Source of the DNA: a virus
Direction: 5' to 3' (one strand)
IMG/VR virus record: IMGVR_UViG_3300025158_000005
Length of the DNA: 64,000 nt
Numbering within the stretch: the stretch's first letter is position 1; each line of letters opens with the position of its first letter. Below are positions 29,905-40,494 of this stretch, piece after piece. The translations under genes were made by a program, and so were the position numbers. The notes below the pieces were generated by a model. The model saw nothing but the letters and a program-made list of their open reading frames with translations, was not told where the DNA came from and made no database searches.

Positions 29905-31542
29905 ATGATTAATTTATTTGGATGGCAGTTTGGAAAGAAGACAGCAACCGATGAAATCGAGTCGGTTGCTCATTCTATTGTTGCACCGGATATTGATGAC
30001 GGCACAATGCAAGTTTCCGCGGCCGCATCATATTACGGTTATTATGTTGATATGGATGGTACTGTCAAGGATGAAATCCAAGCCATATCCAAATATCGTG
30101 AGATTTCTCTTTACCCAGAGGTCGATATCGCAATTCAGGATATCGTGAACGAAGCAATACCATACGAAGATGATTCGCCGTTGGTAGAAATCGCCTTGGA
30201 CAGGTTGGAGGTGTCTGATCCCATAAAGGAAATAATAACCAACGAATTTAAGGGTGTCCTTTCTCTACTGAAATTTTCAGAGAAGGCCTCTGACCTTTTT
30301 CGCCGCTGGTATGTTGATGGTAGAATCTACTTTAACGTTCTAACTGGTAAAAATCAAAAAGACGGAATTTTAGAATTGCGTCCAATTGAATCAACAAAGA
30401 TCAAGAAAGTCGCAGAAATATTGAAGGAAAAAGATCCTTCTGGTGTTGAAATCGTCAAGGGTGTGAAGGAGTATTATCTTTATTCTCAGTCGGGTTTCGT
30501 TCAACAGCCTAATTTAGCGCAACAACAAAACAGTGCGCCACAAGCCGGCGCAAGATTATCGCAAGATTCTGTTATCTATATTCCTTCTGGATTCATGGAA
30601 CAGAATACTGGAGTAGTTCTAAGTTATTTGCAAAAGGCACTAAGACCTGCAAATCAACTGAGAATGTTGGAAGACGCGGTTGTTATTTACCGTATGTCTC
30701 GTGCGCCCGAGCGCAGAATATTTTATATTGACGTTGGTAACTTGCCTAAGGGTAAAGCAGAACAATACGTCAAAGATATTATGAATCGTTATCGTAATAA
30801 ACTGGTATATGACACAAAGACTGGTGAAGTACGTGATGATAAGAAATATATGTCTATGATGGAAGATTTCTGGATGCCCCGGCGCGATGGTAATAAGGGC
30901 ACAGAAATTACTACACTTCAAGGTGGACAAAATCTTGGCGAATTGGCTGACGTGGAATATTTCCAAAATAAATTATATAATGCTCTAAATATTCCTATAT
31001 CTAGAATGATGCCAGAAACTGGATTTAGTATGGGTCGTTCTACAGAGATATCGCGTGATGAGGTAAAGTTTCAGAAGTTCATCGGCAAGATTCGTCGTAA
31101 GTTCTCTGAACTGTTCTTTGAAATTCTACGTACTCAGTTGATTCTAAAGGGAATTATTGCTGAGGACGAATGGGACGAAATCAAAGAATCGATTACGTTT
31201 AGATTCCAGAAGGATAATTTCTTCGCCGAACTAAAGAATAACGAGATTTTGTTGCAACGTGTTCAGACCGCACAAGCAATGGACATGATGTTGGGCAAAT
31301 ACTTCTCAGTTGAGTGGGTCGCTAAGAACGTGTTCATGCAATCTGATGAAGAAATTAAAGAAATGCAACAACAGATGGCAGACGAATATGATACGCATCC
31401 TTGGTGGTTTACCGCAGAAGGAATGTATGAACAGCAACAACAAATGGCGTTGCAACAAAGCATGATGTCAATGCCACCAGGGCAAGATGATTCATTACCA
31501 CCGCAACAAGGTCAGGGAATGCCTGATCCAAGTCAACAATAA
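29905..31542 (+). CDS. gp20: Portal protein gp20
   Basis: RAPERRIFYIDVGNLPKGKAEQY and EDFWMPRR.G.KGTEI motifs. Confidence 0.97.
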   Translation: MINLFGWQFGKKTATDEIESVAHSIVAPDIDDGTMQVSAAASYYGYYVDMDGTVKDEIQAISKYREISLYPEVDIAIQDIVNEAIPYEDDSPLVEIALDRLEVSDPIKEIITNEFKGVLSLLKFSEKASDLFRRWYVDGRIYFNVLTGKNQKDGILELRPIESTKIKKVAEILKEKDPSGVEIVKGVKEYYLYSQSGFVQQPNLAQQQNSAPQAGARLSQDSVIYIPSGFMEQNTGVVLSYLQKALRPANQLRMLEDAVVIYRMSRAPERRIFYIDVGNLPKGKAEQYVKDIMNRYRNKLVYDTKTGEVRDDKKYMSMMEDFWMPRRDGNKGTEITTLQGGQNLGELADVEYFQNKLYNALNIPISRMMPETGFSMGRSTEISRDEVKFQKFIGKIRRKFSELFFEILRTQLILKGIIAEDEWDEIKESITFRFQKDNFFAELKNNEILLQRVQTAQAMDMMLGKYFSVEWVAKNVFMQSDEEIKEMQQQMADEYDTHPWWFTAEGMYEQQQQMALQQSMMSMPPGQDDSLPPQQGQGMPDPSQQ

Positions 31543-31556
31543 TTAGGAGTTTAGAA

Positions 31557-32357
31557 ATGACGATTCAAACGATGATTGACAATCTAATGGCTAAGAACAA
31601 GGAAGGGTTTGTTGACTCATTTCTTGCTGTAATGACGGAAAAAGTTGCGGAGGCACTTGACGTGAAGCGCGAAGAAATTGGCGCTACCATGTTTCAAAAG
31701 GAAGGACTAGAAGGTTATTCGAAAGATGACCTTGAAGAAGGCACGAAAGCCGTAATGCGAGTCGGTTTTGACCCAGCCAATCATGCAGAACGACTAATGA
31801 AAGCAGATTATTTCCAGTCAAATCACTTCGATTATGGAGTTCGTTCCGCTAAGAAGCGTCTTGAAAAGGGCACTTTCGATCCTCAGCGGAATTTGAAGAT
31901 GGGAGAAAACCTATCAAAGGTCGGCGAGTTTAGACTTGGTGATAAGACTAAACTGAATGCAGAAGAACACCGTCAGGTTGGTGTACATTTGGCTAAGAAG
32001 ATTGAAGATGCTATCGGTTACAAGCGCCCGACCAATGAAAACTTTGAACAATCTATCACAGCCCGCCAAGGCACTACCGGTATAAAAATGTCGGCCAGAG
32101 ATCACGCTATCAACATGCCAGGTCGTCTAGTCAAAGGTAAGTCTTATGGTGCACAAGTAAAAACTGATGAATTGGGTGATGAAGTTTACGATGAACCAAA
32201 AGCAGAAGCTCCAGTAAAGCGTGGTCGTGGTCGCCCTTCAAAGGCAACCGAACACGGCGGCAAGAACTTTGATTCGTCTGCAATTGCTGACTTGTTGAAG
32301 CAAAAGATGGGCGCATTACCTAAGGTCAAAAAGTCTACAAAGTACAAAGGAGCATAA
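31557..32357 (+). CDS. Prohead core protein, gp67-like N-terminus, with an AT-hook
   Basis: Position after gp20; F..VM.EKV.EAL..KR.EI motif; KRGRGRPSK. Confidence 0.65.
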   Translation: MTIQTMIDNLMAKNKEGFVDSFLAVMTEKVAEALDVKREEIGATMFQKEGLEGYSKDDLEEGTKAVMRVGFDPANHAERLMKADYFQSNHFDYGVRSAKKRLEKGTFDPQRNLKMGENLSKVGEFRLGDKTKLNAEEHRQVGVHLAKKIEDAIGYKRPTNENFEQSITARQGTTGIKMSARDHAINMPGRLVKGKSYGAQVKTDELGDEVYDEPKAEAPVKRGRGRPSKATEHGGKNFDSSAIADLLKQKMGALPKVKKSTKYKGA

Positions 32358-32359
32358 TC

Positions 32360-33484
32360 ATGCCTAAGGCACTTTATGAAACGTTCAACATGGTATCGGG
32401 GGGGATAAGATATAAGTTCTATCATCCTGAACATGGTGGATTAATTACTTCACAACCTGCCGAGTGGGGAAAAACCTCAAATGCAGTTAAGTCTATGCAG
32501 ACTGCTGCAAAAAATCTAGGTAAATCCATCATAGTCAAGGATGTCTCAGGAAAGCATGTTGCAAACATTCATGCAGATGGTTGGAAAGACTTGACTGAGG
32601 AAGTTGAACTTGAGGAAGGTTCCGCTTTCGTCGGTAACGTGTATCGTGATGGTACTTTCCATAAAGCATGGAAAGATGCTAATGGAGAAGTGGTTGTTAA
32701 GAATACAAAAACTGGTGAAGAACATCGTGGTAAGAATCTCGAAGACCTTGAGAAGCATGGTTACTCACAGATGCATAGTGAAGAACATACTCCCGATGAT
32801 GAAAAGAAGAAGATTCTATTCAACATACGCATTGCTTCAACGGAACACTATCCAACAAAACATTTGAATCATGCTGATCCTGAAATTGCGAAAGCAGCTA
32901 AAGAAAAGCTGGAATATATTAAAAATTCCCGCGAAAATTCTGCATATATGAATAACCCAGATAAAGAGTTTGGTATGAATGAATCTCACGTCGGCTTCGC
33001 CACGCTCGCTGCCAAAGTAGGACCAAGGGTCGCTGCATATATTGGCGACAAGAAGTATGGTAAGAAGAAGATGGAAAAGGCTGCTGAAGAATATCCGACG
33101 TTGACTGACTCCATCAAGTCCGCTCTTGCTCTAAAGATGTTGAAGAAAGAACTTATCTCCGAAGGTTTTGCCGAGACAAATACTGTTGTTACCGGCAACA
33201 ATTCCGGCGTTTACTTCTTCAATGAAGAAACAAAGGAAAACGTTGTGATTCGTGGTGGTATTGTCATGTCTCTGGACGAAGCAAAAGAAAAACTCGACTC
33301 TATTACCGCGAAATCAATTCTTAGTCAACATGGTGACAAAGATTTTTATCAACTGTCTTCAAGTGCAGTTCATTCTCTTTTGACACATGCCAAGAAATAC
33401 GGATATCGTAAGTCGAAATATGCTTCTGGTTCCACTGCCAGAATGTTTCATCAACATCTAAAGCGTCTTGCAAACAAGGAATAA
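32360..33484 (+). CDS. Putative prohead core/internal polyprotein
   Basis: Charged modules separated by LTEE/LEEG/MNES/LDEA gp21-type cleavage motifs. Confidence 0.5.
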   Translation: MPKALYETFNMVSGGIRYKFYHPEHGGLITSQPAEWGKTSNAVKSMQTAAKNLGKSIIVKDVSGKHVANIHADGWKDLTEEVELEEGSAFVGNVYRDGTFHKAWKDANGEVVVKNTKTGEEHRGKNLEDLEKHGYSQMHSEEHTPDDEKKKILFNIRIASTEHYPTKHLNHADPEIAKAAKEKLEYIKNSRENSAYMNNPDKEFGMNESHVGFATLAAKVGPRVAAYIGDKKYGKKKMEKAAEEYPTLTDSIKSALALKMLKKELISEGFAETNTVVTGNNSGVYFFNEETKENVVIRGGIVMSLDEAKEKLDSITAKSILSQHGDKDFYQLSSSAVHSLLTHAKKYGYRKSKYASGSTARMFHQHLKRLANKE

Positions 33485-33486
33485 AA

Positions 33487-34035
33487 ATGACTCAATTAGT
33501 TTATTTTACTCAAACATTCACGCCCACAGAGGTTACTCTCGCCGGCGGAGTCCTTACGTTCGGTTTTGCAACTAATCATTTGCTGACTACTGGGCAAACA
33601 ATTAAAGTGCAGTGGATTGGTTCTCCAGTAGCATTCACAACCACTGTTGCATCCACTCCAACAGGGACATCATTAACTGCTAACGTACCATCAACTGGAA
33701 ACGGACCCATTGGACCTAATCCAAAAATCGACTGTTTTGTGACTGCTTCATATTACACAACAGGATTTACTGGTGCTACAGCGGCTGTATCGTATAAAAA
33801 TAATTCTACTCGCCCCGGAGTGGTCCAATCCTACGTTACTGGAACTGGTGGCGCTGCTTATACTCTACAAATTAGTTTGGATGGGTCTCACTGGATTAAT
33901 ATAAATACTATAACACATTCATCGGTTACCGACGATACTCAGTATACGATTATTGACCCTACCATAAATTTTGTCAGAGCATCAATCACTAGTATTGGTG
34001 CAGCAACTCAGTTAACAATAATGCAAGCGTCATAA
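33487..34035 (+). CDS. Thr-rich beta-structured virion protein
   Basis: AAGGA RBS; LQISLDGSHW motif. Confidence 0.55.
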   Translation: MTQLVYFTQTFTPTEVTLAGGVLTFGFATNHLLTTGQTIKVQWIGSPVAFTTTVASTPTGTSLTANVPSTGNGPIGPNPKIDCFVTASYYTTGFTGATAAVSYKNNSTRPGVVQSYVTGTGGAAYTLQISLDGSHWININTITHSSVTDDTQYTIIDPTINFVRASITSIGAATQLTIMQAS

Positions 34036-34050
34036 GAAGGAATATCCATA

Positions 34051-34537
34051 ATGAGTTTACAACAATTTGTTTCAGGAAGTAACTGGTCGCCGTGACTCGT
34101 CCATCCGATACTACAGCATATGCCGCTGGCGACGTGGTTGGCCCGCCTGGTGGTGGTTCTGATGTGAGACGTTTGCGAGCATTGGCGCAGTCAATGGCAC
34201 GTTCATGTGACCGACGTGTTGCTGCGCATTTTTGCCACCTCAGTCCCTAGCGGCATGACTAATTTTCGCCCCCACTTGTGCAGTGCGTCACCCGCGTCAG
34301 CGTATTCGGATAATGCGGCATGGGTTGCCTGATGGCTACGCCGGCTACATCGGCTACATTGACCTGCCAACAATGGCAGTCAACGGCAGTTCGCTGTACG
34401 CGCAAATCAGTCAGATCAACAAAGTTATCGAACTGGATGCGTCTGGCAATTGCTATGGTTATCTGGTCACGACTGGCGATGATTGGGCTGACGAGGGTAA
34501 TACCAAGTGCTGTTCAATAACCCTCGCAGATTACTGA
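34051..34537 (+). pseudogene. Multiply frameshifted, GC-rich foreign structural gene
   Basis: Pieces in different frames: VTRPSDTTAYAAGDVVG, SGMTNFR.HL, YSDNAAW, YIGYIDLPT, YGYLVT. Confidence 0.65.
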
Positions 34538-34624
34538 TCGGGCTGCTGTTCTGGTTCGTGCGGCTAGGCGATTCTCGAACTCACAAGGCTTCAGTGCAAT
34601 AACTCCATAATTAGGTAATTATAA

Positions 34625-35263
34625 ATGAAACTCATATCAGAACTATCAGAAGAAGTACAGACGATTACCGAATCTATCGGCGGTAAGAAAACATATTTTA
34701 TTGAGGGCATCTTTACTGGAACTGCACCAAACAGAAATCAACGTATATATAATGAATCAGTTCTAAATGGAGCTTTAAAGAAGTTTCAGCCGATTATCGA
34801 AGCTAAACGTGCCATGGGTGAATTAAATCATCCTGCTGGACCAACGATTAATCTTGATCGAGTATCCCATCTTATTGAATATATGAAATGGGATTCTAAT
34901 GGTAAAGACGTTCTAGGTCGAGCAAAGATTCTAGACACGCCAATGGGCAAGATTGCTCAAAATCTTTTGGAAGGCGGTGCCCAACTTGGAGTTTCTACTC
35001 GCGGTTTGGGTTCGATCAAACAACTCGGTAATGGATTATCAGAGGTTCAAAGTGATTATACGATGAATACAGTTGATATTGTTGGCGACCCCTCATATTC
35101 CCAAGCACTGGTAAATGGTCTTCTTGAAGGGCGTGAATGGGTAATATCCAAAACAGGTGAGATTGAAGAAATTACAATAGAACAACTGAAAAAGAAAAAA
35201 ATCACAGAAGAACGTAAATTAGCGGCATTCAAATTTTTCGTCGAGTCTTTACTAAGAGAATAG
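34625..35263 (+). CDS. gp21: Prohead protease gp21
   Basis: RAMGELNHP, GVSTRGLGS and DIVGDPS motifs. Confidence 0.95.
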   Translation: MKLISELSEEVQTITESIGGKKTYFIEGIFTGTAPNRNQRIYNESVLNGALKKFQPIIEAKRAMGELNHPAGPTINLDRVSHLIEYMKWDSNGKDVLGRAKILDTPMGKIAQNLLEGGAQLGVSTRGLGSIKQLGNGLSEVQSDYTMNTVDIVGDPSYSQALVNGLLEGREWVISKTGEIEEITIEQLKKKKITEERKLAAFKFFVESLLRE

Positions 35264-35422
35264 AGTAACATGTCCTTATTGCGGCAAGCTTGCGGCAAAC
35301 CAGTTATGATTAGATATCATTTTGATATGTGTAAATATAAGGATGTAGAAAATAATATTGATGAATATAGTGAGCAAAATCGCAGTTGTACTAAATAATA
35401 TTACGAATTATAGGAGTTGTAA

Positions 35423-36415
35423 ATGAGTCTCGAATCAAAAATTAAAGACTTGCTGGAAGGCAAGAAGCTGCCAGGAGTTTCAAACGATGAAGCATCCCAA
35501 GAAGGTGCTGTATCCGATGAATCTGTAGACAAAGGCGCCCAAGCCGCTTCCGACAATGCAAAGGCCGAAACAGGCAAGTCAAAGAAGCTAGATAACGGAA
35601 CTATGGATACAAGTGATCCTGCTGGTGGCGGTCAAGACGGGCAAACAAAGTCCGACAATGCAAAGATCGATGCTGGTAAGTCAAAGAAACTTGGTAACTC
35701 AGTTAAAGAACATATGGACGCACTTTCTTTTGGTGAAGACCTCTCAGAAGACTTCATGGTCAAAGCAGCAACGATCATGGAAGCGGCAATTGCCGAAGGT
35801 GTTGAACAAGAATTGAATCGTCTAGATGAAGAATATGCTCAACGTCTTGACGAGGCAGTAGACGCAGTAAGGGATGAGTTAGTTGAAAATATTGATGGAT
35901 ACATGACCGAGGCAATTAACACTTGGTTGGAAGCGAACGAATTGGCCCTTGAACGCGGTATTAAAGGTGAAATCATTGAAAACTTTATTGATGGATTGAA
36001 GAATTTATTCACTGAGCATTACATTGATGTACCTGAGGAAAAGTTGGACATTCTAGATGAACAAGCAAGCGAAATCGAAGAACTGACCGCTGCCCTTGAT
36101 GAATCTGTTTCTACTATGGCGAACATGGAACAAGAGATTGTTACATTGAAGCGCGCAAACATTGTAGAGAATGTAGGGTCAACACTGACAGCAACAGAGA
36201 AAGACAAGTTTGTTGGTTTGTGCGAAGGTCTTACCTTTGAATCAGCAGAGACTTTTGAACAAAAGGTCAAAACAATAAAGGAAAGTCATTTCCCCAAGAC
36301 TAAAAAGGCAACCGTAATTGCTGAGTCGGATACTCCAGTTCAATCCGTTGAATTGAATAACACGATGGCAGCATACGTAAACGTCCTTTCTGGTCCTCTA
36401 TCATTCAAGCGTTAA
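35423..36415 (+). CDS. gp22: Prohead scaffold gp22
   Basis: LSEDF..KA.TI.EAA, WLE.NELALE.GI and LF.EHYIDVPEEK motifs. Confidence 0.93.
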   Translation: MSLESKIKDLLEGKKLPGVSNDEASQEGAVSDESVDKGAQAASDNAKAETGKSKKLDNGTMDTSDPAGGGQDGQTKSDNAKIDAGKSKKLGNSVKEHMDALSFGEDLSEDFMVKAATIMEAAIAEGVEQELNRLDEEYAQRLDEAVDAVRDELVENIDGYMTEAINTWLEANELALERGIKGEIIENFIDGLKNLFTEHYIDVPEEKLDILDEQASEIEELTAALDESVSTMANMEQEIVTLKRANIVENVGSTLTATEKDKFVGLCEGLTFESAETFEQKVKTIKESHFPKTKKATVIAESDTPVQSVELNNTMAAYVNVLSGPLSFKR

Positions 36416-36445
36416 TTATAAACACAAAGAAAAGGAAGTAACAAA

Positions 36446-37792
36446 ATGAAACTAACTCCTCAACAACTCCAAGAAAAGTGGGCGCCAGTCATTGACCACA
36501 GTGACATGCCCGAAATCAAGGATCCTTACCGTCGTGCTGTTACAGCTATCTGTCTTGAGAACCAAGAACAGGCTATCCGTGAAGAACGCGAAACCCTTAA
36601 CGAAAACGGCACTGCTGGTATTGCTCCTGGTAACATTACCGGTAACGTTGGTAAGTTTGACCCAGTGCTTATCGGTCTAGTTCGTCGTGCAATGCCTATG
36701 CTGATTGCATATGACCTGTGCGGTGTTCAACCTATGAATCTGCCTACTGGCTTGGTCTTTGCTCTGAAATCGCGTTATGGCGATCAAAGCACGATTTCTG
36801 CTGGTACAGAAGCATTGTATCAAGAAGCTAACTCTGCTTACTCCGGTGGTGAATTCGCTGCTCAAGCAACTAGCAATACCCCTTGGGATACTACTACTGG
36901 CTACACCGCTGGTACGTCAGGTATCAACGACGGAACTGGTTCAGGTGTCAATATCAACACAACGTTGGCTATGTCTACGACTGCTGCTGAAGGTGTTATT
37001 CCTGCTACCATGGGCTTCACCATAGAGAAGCACACCGTGACCGCCCAGTCACGTGCTTTGAAGGCTGAATACTCAATCGAATTGGCACAAGACCTTAAGG
37101 CTGTTCATGGTCTGGATGCTGAGGCTGAACTGAGCAACATTCTGTCCCGTGAAATCACCGCAGAAATCAACCGTGAAGTTATCCGTAAGATTTACACCAT
37201 CGCTATGCCTGGCGCTGACTACGGTACTACCAACGCTGGCACATTTGACCTTGACACCGACGCAAATGGTCGTTGGTCAGTTGAACGCTTCAAGGGTATG
37301 CTGTTCCAAATCGAACGTGATGCTAACCGTATCGCAGAAATCACCCGTCGTGGTCGTGGTAACATGCTTCTGTGTTCCGCCGACGTTGCATCTGCTCTGA
37401 CAATGGCTGGTATGCTGGACTACGCTCCTGCTATCTCTGCTAATCTGACAGTTGATGAAGCAAGCACAACATTCGCTGGTGTTCTAAATGGCAAGTACAA
37501 GGTTTATATCGACCCGTACATGTCAAATGGTTCATCGAATCAGTATTACCTAGTTGGTTATAAGGGTTCTTCTCCTTATGACGCTGGTATGTTCTACTGC
37601 CCATACGTTCCGCTGCAAATGCTTCGCGCAGTTGATCCTAACACCTTCCAACCTAAGATCGGTTTCAAGACGAGATACGGTATGGTTGGCAACCCACTGG
37701 CTGGCGCCGATGCAGACTCTCTGGGTAACGTTGGCATGGCTGCTCAGAAGAATGGTTACTATCGCATGACCAAGGTCGCTAACCTGACCTAA
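36446..37792 (+). CDS. gp23: Major capsid protein gp23
   Basis: FDPVLI.LVRRAMP, SRALKAEYSIELAQDLKAVHGLDAE and FQPKIGFKTRYG motifs. Confidence 0.98.
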   Translation: MKLTPQQLQEKWAPVIDHSDMPEIKDPYRRAVTAICLENQEQAIREERETLNENGTAGIAPGNITGNVGKFDPVLIGLVRRAMPMLIAYDLCGVQPMNLPTGLVFALKSRYGDQSTISAGTEALYQEANSAYSGGEFAAQATSNTPWDTTTGYTAGTSGINDGTGSGVNINTTLAMSTTAAEGVIPATMGFTIEKHTVTAQSRALKAEYSIELAQDLKAVHGLDAEAELSNILSREITAEINREVIRKIYTIAMPGADYGTTNAGTFDLDTDANGRWSVERFKGMLFQIERDANRIAEITRRGRGNMLLCSADVASALTMAGMLDYAPAISANLTVDEASTTFAGVLNGKYKVYIDPYMSNGSSNQYYLVGYKGSSPYDAGMFYCPYVPLQMLRAVDPNTFQPKIGFKTRYGMVGNPLAGADADSLGNVGMAAQKNGYYRMTKVANLT

Positions 37793-37820
37793 TAAGTAAA
37801 AGTAGTTTGGATGTATTTGA

Positions 37821-37846
37821 GGGGGAGCCTATAGGCTCCCCTTTTA
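37821..37846 (+). terminator. Rho-independent terminator after gp23
   Basis: GGGGAGCC-tata-GGCTCCCC followed by TTTT. Confidence 0.85.
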
Positions 37847-37847
37847 T

Positions 37848-37876
37848 TTGACAATATTAAACATATGTGTTAATAT
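37848..37876 (+). promoter_or_regulatory. Sigma70-like promoter TTGACA-N17-TAATAT
   Basis: Consensus match; a late ATAAATA follows. Confidence 0.6.
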
Positions 37877-37903
37877 AGACGTGATAAATAAACACTAATT
37901 AAT

Positions 37904-39322
37904 ATGACAGAACATTCTTGGTACACCTCAGTTTATCCAAAAACACCAACTAATTTCCTAGAGTTTTTGGAACGGAATTCGATAACAGAAGAAAACTGCC
38001 CGACTTGTCCTGTATGCGGCAAATATGCATCTTATGACAAGTCGTATTCTGATAAATTTATAAAATACTGCTCCGATGCTTGTTCAAAAAAACATGGAAG
38101 ATTGTCTGATGATCAAAGAACAAAACTTAGCGACAAATCATGGTTATACGAACAAAGAATCACACTTAAAAGAACGTATGACTCAATTGCTAATGAGTTA
38201 GGCTTATCAGTTATTCCGATAAAGAAATACTGTAAGATTCATGATATACCTAAAGTGAGATATAATGAATCTTTATACTCGGTAAAACAAAAAGTTCTTG
38301 ATTATGAATGGTTATATCATGAGCATAAAGTAAAACATAGAACTTTAGATGAGATTGCAAAAGACGTAGGAACAACAAAATCCACCTTGTCGGTCTACTT
38401 AAAAAAACACAAAATTGAAGCAAATTCCCCAAATTCTTATGATCGGGAATTTACCAGAGAATCTAAACAACAAAAAGAAGTCAATGATTTTATCAAATCT
38501 CTTGGATTTTCAACAAAAACTGGAGATAGAAAATTGCTTGGTAATGGTCAAGAATTAGATATTGTCGTTGAAAGTAAAAAGATTGCATTTGAGTTTAATG
38601 GTGTGTTTCATCATCTGTATAGACAAAATGAAAAATCCGTTTCTGCCAGAAAAGACTCTAACTATCATTTGAATAAAACGGTACTTGCTGAAAAGTCTGG
38701 TTATAAATTATTTCACTTATTTTCTGATGATTGGTCATACAATACTAATGTAGTCAAATCAATAATAGCATCAAAGTTGGGTATCTATACCGATAGATTA
38801 TACGCTAAAAATTGTGATGTAAAACAAATAGACAAGCAAACTAAGCAAACGTTTTTAAAAGAAAATCATATTCAAGGCAGTGATTTTTCGTCGTTTTTTT
38901 ATGGTTTATTTTATAAAAATGATCTAGTTTGTGTGATGACTTTTTGTAAATCGAGATATAACAAAAAATTTGATTGGGAATTGAGTAGATTTGCTACCAA
39001 AAAGAACACTCAGGTTGTTGGAGGATTTTCTAAATTACTTCAATCTTTTAGAAAAGACCACTCGGGGTCGATAATTTCTTACGCAGATAGATGTTTGTCT
39101 TTTGGTGATGTATATCAGTCAAATGGTTTTGAATTGATAAAGATTAATCCTCCTAGTTACTGGTACGTCAATATAAAAGAACAACATGTACGAATGCATA
39201 GGGCAGCATTTATGAAGAAAAAAATCGCTCCAAATGATAATCGCCCTGAATGGATTATTTTGAAAGAACGTGGCATAGAGAGAATATGGGGCTGTGGCAC
39301 CCTAACTTTTGGCATTCGATAA
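37904..39322 (+). mobile_element. Hef-like free-standing homing endonuclease (Zn finger, HTH repeats, PD-(D/E)xK-like, GNAT-like C-terminus)
   Basis: CPVC..YCSDAC, ELDI..AFEFNGVFHH, WELSRFA..VVGGFSKLL and SYADR motifs; AT-rich. Confidence 0.75.
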
Positions 39323-39346
39323 ATACACAACATGTGAGGTCAACAA

Positions 39347-39544
39347 ATGAGCATAGACAAATATCTAGATGTATTGAGTAGCACTGACAGAATAAACACA
39401 CAAGAAGTATCAGAAGCAGATATCGCAGCCTTTGCATCATCTTGGTTAGTAGAGAAGGGATATCCGGTCATTCACACCGACTTTCACGATCTTCAACAAG
39501 ATTTCCTAAACAAGAATTATCCAGCGAGACAAGAAAATGCCTGA
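39347..39544 (+). CDS. Hypothetical protein
   Basis: Late promoter ATAAATA and GAGG RBS. Confidence 0.55.
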   Translation: MSIDKYLDVLSSTDRINTQEVSEADIAAFASSWLVEKGYPVIHTDFHDLQQDFLNKNYPARQENA

Positions 39545-39992
39545 TATAGGTTGCGAATACGATTTTAGTCTGTTTCAACAAACTTCTTATCAACTGAATT
39601 TCAGTAAGATTCCGGGTGTACCCTTTTACTGTCATTCTATCGTGTTGCCCGAAATGGTGATGAACAGCGCATATATGGCAACTCGCTTTCACGATATTGC
39701 TTTGCCAGGTGAGAAGATAAAGTTTACTGATCTTACGGTTGAGATTCTGCTTGATAAGAATCTAACAACGTATCTCCAGATTTACAACTGGATGCGAAAT
39801 CTATCAGTTTTGAATTCAATCAAGACAACTGATATGTCTAATTGTAACGTAACTGTTGGACCGAAGTCGTTTATCATGAACGGAGTATATCCAATATCAC
39901 TTCCTTCCATGACACTAAGATCGAATCCAACGGACGCTGATCCAATCACGTTTACGGCCGCATTCGCCGTTGAGTGGTTCGACATTCAGTAA
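39537..39992 (+). CDS. Tail tube terminator, gp3-like
   Basis: IPGV.FYC....LP, PGEKI.F.DL.V..LLD.NL..Y.QIYNW and YPISL motifs. Confidence 0.8.
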   Translation: MPDIGCEYDFSLFQQTSYQLNFSKIPGVPFYCHSIVLPEMVMNSAYMATRFHDIALPGEKIKFTDLTVEILLDKNLTTYLQIYNWMRNLSVLNSIKTTDMSNCNVTVGPKSFIMNGVYPISLPSMTLRSNPTDADPITFTAAFAVEWFDIQ

Positions 39993-39994
39993 AT

Positions 39995-40023
39995 TTGACT
40001 TCACCAAATTCATATAGTATTAT
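39995..40023 (+). promoter_or_regulatory. Sigma70-like promoter TTGACT-N17-TATTAT
   Basis: Located upstream of uvsY. Confidence 0.6.
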
Positions 40024-40052
40024 GGTCATATGTGTAAAACTATGAACATACT

Positions 40053-40493
40053 ATGTCAAAAATTGAAGATATTCTACTAGATTGGAAAGAGGACTCGAAG
40101 ATAAATCAACTCAAAATTGCTGAGGAGATTGCTCGTGTTCCTTTTCTACATTCAAAGTACCTCGCATACTTTGTCGAATTTCGCTCAAAACGGGCGGCGG
40201 CAATTCGTGCACTTAGTGCACTCAAGAATCTGAAACGCAGATACTACCGTGGCGAGTTTACTAAAAATGATCTCATTTATCACAACTGGCCGCAATGGCA
40301 AGGTCTAAAGCCAAACACCACAGAACTAAATCAATTATTTGAACAAGACGCTCAATTGAACGAAAAAGAGGAACGTCTTGAGTATTACAATACTTCATTG
40401 AGTACGATTGAATATATCATGAAGGAAATTAACTCGAGAGGATATTCACTAAAAACATTGTTCGATTACCAGAAGTTCATGGAGGGAAATTGA
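40053..40493 (+). CDS. uvsY: Recombination mediator UvsY
   Basis: W.EDSKI, P.LHSKYL, YYRG and I..RGY.LK motifs. Confidence 0.88.
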   Translation: MSKIEDILLDWKEDSKINQLKIAEEIARVPFLHSKYLAYFVEFRSKRAAAIRALSALKNLKRRYYRGEFTKNDLIYHNWPQWQGLKPNTTELNQLFEQDAQLNEKEERLEYYNTSLSTIEYIMKEINSRGYSLKTLFDYQKFMEGN

Positions 40494-40494
40494 T

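Noticed and set aside
35264-35422. TTGCGGCAA direct repeat in the gp21-gp22 gap
   Set aside because: Only two 9-nt copies, with no further support.
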